From: Ascidiella aspersa
Lineage: Eukaryota
Assembly (NCBI GenBank): GCA_963924565.1
Contig: OZ004612.1
Coordinates: forward strand, 12,152,001-12,216,000
Length of the DNA stretch: 64,000 bases
Direction of reading: 5' to 3'
This document shows, in pieces, positions 52,933 to 64,000 of the stretch (its first letter is position 1; the number at the start of each line of letters is the position of its first letter). The translations under genes were made by a program, and so were the position numbers. The notes under the pieces are model-generated. The model ran no database searches. It saw only the letters and a program-made list of their open reading frames with translations, and was not told the origin of the DNA.

Positions 52933-55482
52933 TTCTACAGTGCTCTCAAACCTTTTTATCATTGCGAAAACCTTGATGTACTTCCGCGTTTGTCACGAAA
53001 CCCCCTAAAAGAAAAAAATGAAAACACTTTTGCTTCTAACTAAGAAAAATCAAGCTGCTTTCGCTTCACGTAAGGAAATATGCTATATTGCTTCATCTGG
53101 CTTGATTAAACAATAACAATTTGGTTAAACAATATAAAAAGGCTGAACAGAAGCTCTGCTCTAGCTCTGTGGCCTACTACTATCTAGCCTACTCCCTTAT
53201 CAGTCTTGTCTATTTTTACAACTGCTATCTGTATATCAGCGACAGCAACATCGTATAACTGTATTTGATGCAACAATTATGCTCTTGTTAGTAGTTAAAC
53301 AATAAACAAAAGTGACGCAACAACTACCAATTTGTTAAATTAACTGGCCTACTTGGAGTTTGAATTCGACAGGGTGATCAAAAAATTCTGAATGACGTAT
53401 CAATCCCGTATACTGAATCAAGTAATCAATTCCCTTAAAAAACAAGGGATCCTCGCGTAACCCTTACCTACTGAATGTTTCGAACCCATGTTGAAGAGCA
53501 CCGGGCGGCATTAGGAACAGTTCCTCGCTCGCTAAGTAAACGACCTCGTTTTAGAAAGGAATTAACGAGCAATAATCTCGCAAACGCATTTGGTATTACG
53601 AACAGTCCTCGCCAACACCTCGCTATAACAAAATGCACGCGCGAGAAAATGCGCCAAAACACAAAAAAACACTGACTCAGCAAAATTAAAAAAAAAACGT
53701 CGTTTAAACCTTAGTTTTGAGGAATCGTTGCCTTTGGTTTTAAATGATAAATTTATTATGAAATAATTGTTGATGTCAACCGCATTTTAATTCCCAGTTA
53801 ATCCTTCAGAAAACGGTTTTCGGAAACAACGTCTATATTAGGGCTACCATATTTTCAGCACCCAAAAAGAGGACACTTTTATCCGGCAAGTAAAACGAAA
53901 GTAGAATTGTTACTTTGTGTTTAATGATGCTTTATTCCGAATTTCGGGATGTTTGGTTGTTTTGGGATTTTCGGGTTACTTTTCGATATGAAATTTGATG
54001 TTACTGGCCGACTCGAGCGCAAATATTGATCTATTTGTTGCGAATTTTGCTGTTGAAGGATACGAAGAAAGTTATATGTGACGATTTAAAATCTTACGTT
54101 TTGAAGTGAATAATCACACACCTTTGCTTTAATAGGCCTTTTTACATGTGAAGTTCGGTTGCAATTTTTCTGGCGGTGGGCAATTATTTTTAACCGCTGG
54201 CCGCATGAGAGAAACTTCAAAAGTTGTGGTGGGCCAGGTCAAACATGGGATTTCAAATACACGCAATATGGTGTTATACTCTATAAAACAAAGTGAATTG
54301 GTATGATGTTTAGGAGTTTAGAAAACGGTCGGTATTTCGTTCAATTTTAAAGACGGAATACATTCGTCAGAAGCGCAAAAGATATATAATATTAGTGGAC
54401 TAAGTTTGTTAAACTATGTTGGAGATAGTGCCTCAGTGCATATAGGACGCTATTTGTCTGTAAAGATGCCGAAAAATCGCATACGAGAAAGACAGAAGAG
54501 ATTCGCGCAAATCGCAAAAACAGTTTCCGTTTTAGTATTTAAAACAGGCTTAAAATTTAAAATAGAGGTTGGCGGGGTCATGACTAGATTTTTTGCTCGA
54601 AGTGTTTACAATACAACAAAACATATAAAAACTCGTCCTTGTTTTCGCTTAGCCTATGTATTTTAAGGAAAAAAAGCCATGGACCAATTATTTTAATTTT
54701 TTGGTTCATTTGTAGCTATATTTATTGAGGTAACTTCGGTAAGAATTTTTTTCTATATTAAAAAAAGTTAAAGATTCATATTTCTTAGCAGGAGAGCAGA
54801 ATCACCGACAAAATTGTATAGAATAAATCAAATGGTAAAAAACAAAAATTATTTCTGAATCATCTCACTCAAAAGAAACAAAATTGCAGCGAAGGGAAAG
54901 ACAAGGGAACAATTGGTGTGATCAAAAGTTCTAAAACATAGCTACCATACAATGTCAGCAGTGAAGCTTTGGTAAAACAATTTTCTTTGAATATAAAAGG
55001 AATGGATTGGGCTGCCTTTCAACTATTTATATTTAAAATCCTAATTTGCAAATGTCTTGCTTTAATATTTTACTGTGTGATTTTTCGACTTGATATTAAA
55101 GTTATGTTTAACAACAGCTTTCAAGTTTTCTTTTTAATAATACACTTTTTTTTGTAATTCGACCATTTTTTTTACGATTACCAAATACAACATTGTACTT
55201 CTTGCCAGGTTTATATGTTTTAATACAGAACTACTTTGTTCGTATAAGAGGAGTTTATATTATACATTTTCTCACTTTTAAAGATCTTCTTTCAAATTAA
55301 GGTAAATGATTGACTAACTGTCGGAATTTATCTGGAAATAGTACCTTAAATCGTACGCATTAACAGAAATATAATATATTTTGCACAAAGATCTATCCCT
55401 CAAGTTTTCACTTGGGATGCTCTTGGCAGCCTAATAAGCACTTTAAACAGGCGTACATGTTGTGTAGATAAGAAATCGCACA

Positions 55483-58400
55483 AGGCCAGTAAAAAAGGTG
55501 AAAAAAAATGGAACAAATTGCAACAGAAGGTTTTTTTGTTAATTCGTGACGAGAAAGGGGCCAGGAACTCCCCCCAAAAAAGTCCCCGAAAATTAAAAGT
55601 GTCCACCGACGCTTACACGTACAAATTGTTATATTAATAATACATGATATGACATCAATATGACGTCACCAGTTACAGTTAAAACTTAAGAATACAACGC
55701 AATCACAAAAGTTAAAAACAAACTAAGTTGCATATAACAGTTGTTACTTACATTCTCGTTTGAAGTTTCGTATTTAACAAAACTTCTACAGGACATTGCC
55801 TTTCATTGACCGCATACAAACGTACATTGCAAATTATGCTTTTCATGGTATGATATTTTATAGCAGCAGATGTAGGGGCAAATTTTGAGGTTCAACCAAC
55901 TTTGTCGAATTGCTAGCTATCTTCAAGTAGAATTTTCTCCGTCTTAACTGGTCTAACGTTTCACCGGCGTTATTAATATAAAGCAGTGTTTCCCAACCTT
56001 TTTTACACTAGTGCCCCCCCTGGGCTCAATATTATTTCATATCCCCCCTAATCTTGCGTTACAGTAAAGTATTATATTAATCGTAGTCTAACATCATATT
56101 GTCTTCACTTTCGTATCGATAAGCTGTCAGTGATATTTTACGTTGTCAAACATACATTCACTATTGGAATTTATACATACATTATTTCACCAGGTTATGT
56201 CATTAACAGGAAAAATACATATCTTTCTGCACCAAGACTTTAAATCCTTTTCTAGTCGCGGGCACCAACCAAATTCATAAAGGTCTCTGTGGGACGCACA
56301 AAATGTTAACTAAGAAAATGTTAGAACAACTGTGAATCAGGCGGGCCTCGGATTTTTTTCATCCATTCTACTAATGAAAAGTGTAATAGTGTTTGTTAAT
56401 CTTTTTAAGTCCGGGCGCACGTGGCAAGCGAAGCGAGCACTATTTTTTTTGGGTATTCCGGCATTTCTTTTAAATTTTCTGCTAGTTTGTATTACATTGG
56501 CGAAAAAAAAATATTAAAAAATATATGTCTAATATTTTTGAATACGTTTTTCGTTTGTCCGCGCCACACTTGGCAGCCTTCCACGTCCCAACGGTAAAGA
56601 AGCGCTGATCTAGTCCAAAGACAGCATCAAAACGTAAACAAACTGGACGTAGAAAGATCATTCGCGCGAAAATTTTTTGTCTGTGCTAAGTTAAAATAGT
56701 CAAAAAGTGTTTAAAATGGACTCGTGTCTATAGTTGTCAAAAAGGCGGCGGGTAGAGGGCCGTAGATTCGCGACCCCTGCTTTAAATATTCAAACATTTT
56801 GCCGAGTATAAAACGGTGAAATGCAACAGCAACCAACAGCTTTACATAAGAAAGCCAATTATGACCTAACAATGTTCGGGAAACTACTACAAGTTGGCAG
56901 TACGGAAGTTTCCATTTAAGGTTAAAAGTTACCTACGTCCTACAGTGCTGTTTGTTACTATTTTTATGTGAACTTTTTATAAAATTTTGATATAAGTACT
57001 TTCATGTAACGCCCCCTTATGTGCGTTCAGCGCCCCCCAAATCATGAAAAGACTCAAAACGACCCCTTGTAACTCGCCAACGCCCACAAGGGGGCGGTAC
57101 CGCCCACGTTGGGAACCTCTGATATAAAGGAATACTGCTTCACCCGGTTTAAATGACCTGAAAAAAAAATGATGCAGATGAATGGAATGTTCAGGCACAA
57201 TCACGGAACCCTTTGCTTTTCGTAAATAGAGTCGACGCTTTCGGGTTCCTTTACCGAATAAACGTGACGTCGTGTCGCATACAAGTATTGTGTGCAGGAA
57301 TAATATACTCTGTGATATTTTTCCGAGTTGACGCTTTACCAATGTGATATGCCAAGTTTTTGTGCTGGATGAGTTACTTTATGGAGCAGGACAAAAATAC
57401 AACTTGTAGGGACTATCCTCATCTACGTGAGCGTGATGAATTAAGAGAACTAGGAGATTTTTGTCATCTCCAACTACAACTGTGTTGGATTCTTTAAATG
57501 ACCGGACAGCCGTTTGAACAATGGGGACGTCAGTGTTTTCCGGAGCAAGAAGGAATGTACATTTGCTTTTAGTAAGATATGGGCCAAGCTATATAAAAAA
57601 TGCTTTTTTTAATTTCTCAGAAACTACTTCTTTCGCCTGTTACATAGCATGTCACCACAGAAGTCAACAGTTACTCCAGTATTTAAATGTGTTCTCTCGC
57701 GTTAGTGGACGATTTAATTGAAAGTGTCCCACATTCGTAACCATCGAAAACTAGAAGAAGAGCTGACTCCTGACTTATATTTAGTCACAAAATATTCCAA
57801 ATAGCCTACGTTTAACAAATTTCATCTTGAGTGTGGATTACTGGGATTCATGGTACTTTTGAAGTAGTTGCTTCTCCATCAACCACATACCGGACTGGTT
57901 CAAGGTCGTTAGGAATACCCACATTAACAGTTTTTGATTTTGCCCATAACGCATTTGCAAGATGGTTTGCACGCTTGCCGCATTAAGAAATGGGATTCGA
58001 AAAGAGCTGGCGACCGAGTGCACAATTCAAACTTGAAACACTCTTTGACAATATTTTCATCTAAGTCCCTCACAGCAATTACCAAACTATAATACAATAT
58101 TTGTGGTTTGATGTGTATTCCATCACCATCAAGTTTACACATAGACTAATGGCCAATAACCTCAACCTGTCAATTTTTGCAAAAAAAACAAATTCCAAAG
58201 CATTTTTCGTGTTCATTAATTTTAGGAATTTTTGGCCAAGTGAATTTGCTTTCAAAATGTTAACATCGTTGTCAACGTAGGTCTTCGTTGCAATGTTGCA
58301 AAGCTCAGCTTTCGACACAAAAGGATTTCGGTCTTTAATAAAACGAACTATATTGTTTGTACATCTCGGTATCGACGTATACGTTTGATAAATCCTTATG

Positions 58401-59348
58401 CTGTTCGTTGTTTATGTATTTGATACAAGTTAACACTGAAAAGTGTGAAAATTTTGCACATTTTTGCTTTGTTAAAATCCATGTAATTCTTTGTTCCTCC
58501 ATCATTCCACGGCCCCTAGTCGAGCCACCAGTTGATTTTACGCTTCTCATAAGAACTTGTTTTGTACCAAGATCGGACGAAAGTCCAGCACAAACTTTAC
58601 CACTTCTTCTGAGTTCTGACAACGTGGAAATCATCTTTTAATTTCGTATAAATGTCCGGATGAGTGTTAGGGAGTTGCCTCAGTACTTGGCGGTTCCTCA
58701 ACAACTGTAAATTTTGCTACTCTACTAGTTGGTCCGCAATAGTCCACATTACACACTTTAAAGCTATCTAAAAGCTATATAGCCGGTAATCAGACCGTCC
58801 ACAATCTACACCTACAACAGCAAATGAACCATGACTTGTCCTTTTTTGCACAAAAATGTTAATCTTGCATATATCTTTATTTGTAGAGTCAATATGACGT
58901 CATAAAACACTCTATCTTTAGACTACTAGGTAGGCATAATAAAACATTCATAATCTGAATACATATTTTGAAAAAAAAAAGGATAATTGAACTGAATTAA
59001 ATGTTTTCGGTCTACAATGGGATACTGTTTACGAAAGCATTTATGTAATACTGTTTCCAAATGAATTGTTAAATTTTGAATTGACCCGTGGTAATGGAAC
59101 GTTTGCCTTAAAGTTTACAGTTGTGATGTTACTTTAACGTCATATGCTGGTCTAATCGTTTTTATTTAAATTACTTTTGGTTTCTTTAAACTCCACCTTT
59201 CATATGAGACTAATCTCGAGGTATTAGAACTATTATAAAGTTTATTGACATGATTTTAGTTTTAAAGTCATTATGACGTGTTAGACACTATATTTTCCGG
59301 GGACTTTTTTAGGAGTTTCGGCCTTTTTTCACTTTGATTTACTGGCCT
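55483..59348. mobile_element. Decayed TIR-bounded DNA element of about 3.9 kb with ORF remnants and nested MITE fragments
   Basis: Left end AGGCCAGTAAA..AAAAAAGTCCCCGAAAATTAAAAGTGTC is an inverted match to the right end (reverse complement AGGCCAGTAAA..AAAAAAGTCCCCGGAAAATATAGTGTC). Confidence 0.5.
57125..58680 (-). pseudogene. Frameshifted remnant of a large invertebrate mobile-element ORF with FEN1/XPG-like motifs
   Basis: Fragments in different frames: GLSSDLGTKQVLMRSVKSTGGSTRGRGMMEEQRITW, FKFELCTRSPALF..MR, VVGDDKNLLVL and ILFLHTILVCDTTSRLFGKG. Confidence 0.6.
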
Positions 59349-60623
59349 AATTAGGCATGGAATTCACAAATCAATTACTACTCTTTGTTATATTATATAG
59401 GTTTTGGTTTTTCATTATCATAATCGTTTATTATTTTTTTTAGTATACCTAACTTCTCCGTTGTTTAACGCCCGCTTCATCCACACAATCTTTATCAAAA
59501 GTATAACCTAAGCGATGAGAAAAAGGTGTAAGTGCAGAAAGTGACCAATGATAAAAGGTCAATGTAAAACGTAAAAAGATAAAAAATGAAATAGGTAAAA
59601 TGAAATGTGCCGCAAGACTAAAGATATGTGAAAAAGCAAACTAAAACGCAATGGTGAAAAAAGCACATACTAAACCACTAAAATATTTTGTGTACCACAT
59701 GCGCTTTCCGGTTAAAAGACTGTTCCGGATATGATGTTGGTTCAGTTTGTTTCACGAGCATTTTGTGTTTAGGGTTGCGACTGCAAAAACGCGAATGCCG
59801 TTAACGGGACGTTTTTGTAAGATATTAAAATAACATTTAAAGTGTTTTAGGAAGTTAGGTTCATTTCAGGACAAACGTCTTTTGGCGAGAATACTCGAAG
59901 TTGCAGAGTACAATTGATGAAATAATAATAATATTATTATTATTTTTCTTAATTTTGAGATCTAAGCCTGCTCCAACATTGCTAGTTGTTGATCTCTTCT
60001 CCATATCGTAAAATTCAAGCAAAACCACAAAGGTTGTAAAAAAGATCCAAAACAACAAATGAATCATTCGAATTAAGAATATTAGCAGAACTGACGATGC
60101 TTTTTGCGTAACTATATAGTATTCTGCTTTTGTTGAATAAAGTTGTTTTGGATCTTTTTTACAACCTTTGTGGTTTTGCTTGGATCTTGCAGAATACAAT
60201 TTCGACCCAAATGCATTTTGGCACTTGACAGTTCAGACGTATATTTATAGAAAAACGGGGGAAAAAATGAAACTTGGAAAAATAATAAGTTTATTTAAAT
60301 TGAGAAAAAGAAAAAGTTTTAATGATGCGATTATTTATAATTCGCTATAGTTTGGCATTTCGGCCATATAAGCTACAACTGAACAAACGCAGTAATGCAG
60401 ATTAGTATATCATTATCGTTTAAAGTTTTAACATTTAGAAAGTTAGAAAAAGTTGCAAACCTTCCTACCAGCGTGCCATCCATGTACACCAAATTTCATC
60501 TGCGGTTTTGTTTAGGCCAGTATTGTTTACTATGCAAAGCGACGTTCAAAAGTCTTCCTTCATTCATTCTAAAGCGAGTGTGTATTTTTATCTTATAGTA
60601 CAGTAGTATTTAATAGAGCACTA

Positions 60624-63534
60624 ATGGCAATGAACGCAATTCCGATTGTCGATTTCGCTCCGTTGTCCGTGCTTCATGAAAATGTTTCTAAGGAAGACTT
60701 GAGAGCGGTCGGTAAGCAAATCTGCAAAGGTTTCGAAGAAATTGGATTTGTGTACTTGGAGAACATCGGGGTGTCGAGGTTAGTATGCACTACAACAGCT
60801 CTTATACAAAGTATAGAATAATTTTCTTACCGGAACGCATGCAAACGTAACAAATTTACGTCATCGCTGGACGTCTAAAACAAGTCGACTAACGAAACCT
60901 GTGGCAATTGTTTGTAGTGCACTAATATGCAACTAGATTCAAAGAGATGGAGGGACGGTACTGCGTACCTGCAAAAATGATACGGTACTGTGTACCAGCA
61001 AAAAAATGAGATATCGGTGTATTGCGTAGGGCGGCCAGCTTTAAAGACTTTAATCCGGATTGAAAATCGTTTTTTAAGTCAAATAATAGATTGTTGCTTT
61101 TACTTGGCGGCGTTCATAAAACATTTTAACCATTGGGCAATATATAAAAGAAATTACTGTAAGCGTTACTTTCTTCAAGTTAATTTGAGTTATCAAACAT
61201 CGAAAATCACACTTCTGTGCACGGACAAGCAATTCCCTTTTTAGTTCAATTATAATCCGCTTCAAGCCGTATAGGCTAGTATCATCTATTAGCAGGGTTA
61301 CCATCTGCTCAGACCAAAAAATAAGCACGCTACTCAAAAAAATAAGCACTGTACTCAAAAATTAAGCGCGCTACCGAAAACCAGGACCAGATCCAGGATT
61401 GCGAGGTGAAATCCAAGCTTTCAGGAATGATGTCATAAAATAAAATAAAAACACTTATTTCTGTATGTGCAAAACGTAGCTTAATCGCGCGAAACACGAA
61501 GAAATGCGTTTATTTGCTTGAAATTGGCAAGTTTATCCCCTTATTTAATGCAAGCTTTGTTAACTATTTTGCGTCAGAGCGCAACTGTACACCTTTTAAA
61601 ACGTGGTGCATGGCAGCATGAAACGCCTGCAGCTGACCCTGCCTGCCTTGTAGTAAAGTTTAGTTCACTTGGCGGAGTTTAGCTCGTAATAAAATTATTC
61701 ATTGAATGATTTACTGGAATGCTTCTAGCATTTTTGTTGTTGTTGTAACATTGTGATTTCCATAGCCTCTGGGCTGATTTCGCAATCACAATAACAGCAA
61801 TGATCATAGCTCTATCCCTTTGACTTCATTTGACATTGGAAAATTCATTTTCATGTTTATCACATAAAAACGTGCATATGCTGACTCATTCTCTTAATAA
61901 TATTTTGTTGTTCTTATGTAATTTAATGCACTGTTGTTAAAATCTGTGTCAAAGAACCTGGTAAATATACATAAATGAAGTGTCTCACTCCTACGTCGAT
62001 GTTAAAAGAATTGATAAAGAACTTTTTAAAAACAAAAATAAGACAAACTAAGCACACACCTCTAAAATAAGCACGTTACTTAGAAATAAGCACATTTCTG
62101 TTTTCTAAGACACTGCACCCAAATATAAGCACAAATCTTAGAAATAAGCACGGTATGGCACCCTGTCTATTAGTCTAGTGCAGTGGTTCCCAAACTGTGG
62201 GCCATGGCCCAGTACTATGCCACCAAGACATTTTCAATAGGCCACAGAGCCAGTTGAACAGATTCTACTGTTTTGTTAAAATGTAGATATAATGAGTTTT
62301 TTTTAAAAACAATAATTGTTACCAAGAAAGGTCATTGTCTCCTAACAATGGGTTTTAGCTGCTGTGTTGGAGATAGCAGTTCAAAGTGGGTGAGCAGTAA
62401 TATTGCCAACCTTGCGTTTTTCAAGCGAATTTGGGCTTGCTTTATTCTGAGTTTGTCTTTTTTTCTCAATTTGCGGGTTGCTTGTTTTGGGCTTGTTTTT
62501 TCTTTTTTTATTGTGTTTTTGGGGCTTGTATTTTCATAGTAAATGTTTCTGTCGAAATTTAGAACACGCGTTGAGCCACGAATCGCTATTAAAAAGACAT
62601 TTGAGCCACAGACCAAAAAAGTTTGGGAACCCCTGGTCTAGTGGATTAAAAGCTGTCCACTGCTCGGCTTTAATGCCGAAGAAGAGAAATATTAACCCCA
62701 ATAACCCGTCTACGGCGTCCAAAGAGGTCATATGGGGTTACATTTCATAGGCGATGGCAACTGGTCCTTTTTCGAAACAAATCGACCTATAAACAAATGA
62801 GCTGGTACCATATTATCTCCAAAAAAACTTGCGCCTACGCAGATAACGAAACTATCCAGAATCAATTGCGCAATAGGCGGTCACAAAATTGTGCATTTTT
62901 CATAAATCGGTTTTCCCGTCGTTTTCGCGTCGCACGCCTAACTTCCTCTTTCAGAAGAAAAAGCATTAATATCGTGCATTGCATCAAAACACAACACAGC
63001 TTCCTCAAAACAAACCCTCGCCATATGCATTTCCTTGTTAGATTTCACTTCTGCAAACTCCAAAATGCCTCGTGAGGCTTTCATCAATTATAATAAAAAT
63101 AGAATAATTTTTTTTGACTGGTAGGATTCAGTTTTCACAACCAATCCGAGGCTGTGAGATATTCAAAACGGTCAAAATGCTACCTATACCCCTGTATGGG
63201 CTTAGATATATTCTTTTTACAAAACAAGACCAATTTTGACCAGAAATGCAATGTACATTTTGAAAACAACCATGTAGCATAGGTCTTTTGGTTTTACTAA
63301 AAAAGATATGACGAACGTCAATGCCTAACAGACCTAGTGTTGACATTTTTTTAGCGAAAGGCCGTCCGCTGTACTTCGACACAGCTTTTCATGCTGATTT
63401 TTTGCTTTTAGTGATCTAATTGACGAGGTAAACCGACTGTCCGGCGAATTCTTCGACAAACCAGAAGCGGACAAGACGAAATACGCCTTTACACCGGACA
63501 CTCTTTACGGTTACACCGCCATTGGATCAGAAGC
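60624..63534 (+). CDS. IPNS-like 2-oxoglutarate/Fe(II) dioxygenase, DIOX_N region, exons 1-2; gene runs beyond the window
   Basis: Exon 60624-60778 gives MAMNAIPIVDFAPL..ICKGFEEIGFVYLENIGVS. It joins in phase 2 to exon 63412-63534, giving SDLIDEVNRLSGEFFDKPEADKTKY..YGYTAIGSE. Confidence 0.85.
61293..62165. mobile_element. hAT non-autonomous element with a perfect 8-bp TSD
   Basis: TCTATTAG|CAGGGTTACCAT...ATGGCACCCTG|TCTATTAG, with AAATAAGCAC subterminal repeats. Confidence 0.85.
62181..62635. mobile_element. hAT (Charlie-like) MITE with a perfect 8-bp TSD
   Basis: GTCTAGTG|CAGTGGTTCCCAAACT...AGTTTGGGAACCCCTG|GTCTAGTG. Confidence 0.9.
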
Positions 63535-64000
63535 GTAAGACGAATTGTTTTAAATTGTGTCTTACTACAGGCACCAAAGCAACTTATTAAGCTGTCAGCA
63601 GGGATAGGAAAACTAAATAAATGAAACCCCGACTAAGAGCGTATGTGTTTTAACTGCAACTTTCAGCTATTCTGGTTTTTGGATTATGAGCAAGGTCAAC
63701 AAGCACAATTTAGCCCACAAGCACCATTTTCACTTCGAGAAACATGCAGCATCAATGTACAACCTTAGGCCCTAAACGTCACACTCCAAATTCGCAGTAG
63801 TTTAAATAAAGAGCAAAAGTTAGTTTGCCGGTGGTCAGGAGTGTTTTATAAAAAACTTAACTTGACCTTAATTGCTGGAAAATGTTTCAGAATACAATGA
63901 AATGACTAGCTATTCAAGACACCACGTGAGCCACATTCTAAAAGTCGTGCCAATGCGTTTCCTAAAAGTAAAAATAAGATAAAAACTTTATGTTACAACC

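Overview
This is AT-rich eukaryotic DNA with GT-AG introns and many hAT-type MITEs. It comes from a compact invertebrate genome, plausibly an ascidian (inferred from style only). I reconstructed four spliced genes by hand. (1) A QSER1/PRR12-like AT-hook + DUF4211 gene on the minus strand (13506->2554). (2) TUT1/Star-PAP on the minus strand (18632->14253). (3) A 12-exon nuclear IkB of the IkB-zeta/IkBNS type on the minus strand (50184->38153, 814 aa). (4) The first two exons of an IPNS-like 2OG-Fe(II) oxygenase on the plus strand (from 60624). The main finding is that a 65-nt exon of the IkB gene encodes an OCA-like POU-coactivator peptide (YPGVRPKTVREVLQQLR). The same protein also has a beta-TrCP-type DSG degron, basic NLS patches and a C-terminal Q25 tract. 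The locus carries clustered NF-kB, STAT and CRE sites and a Roquin/Regnase-type hairpin right after the stop codon. Together these suggest an invertebrate NF-kB/POU dual-coactivator circuit. The window also holds tRNA-derived SINEs, MITEs with 8-bp TSDs, and a decayed TIR-bounded element with a FEN/XPG-like ORF remnant.
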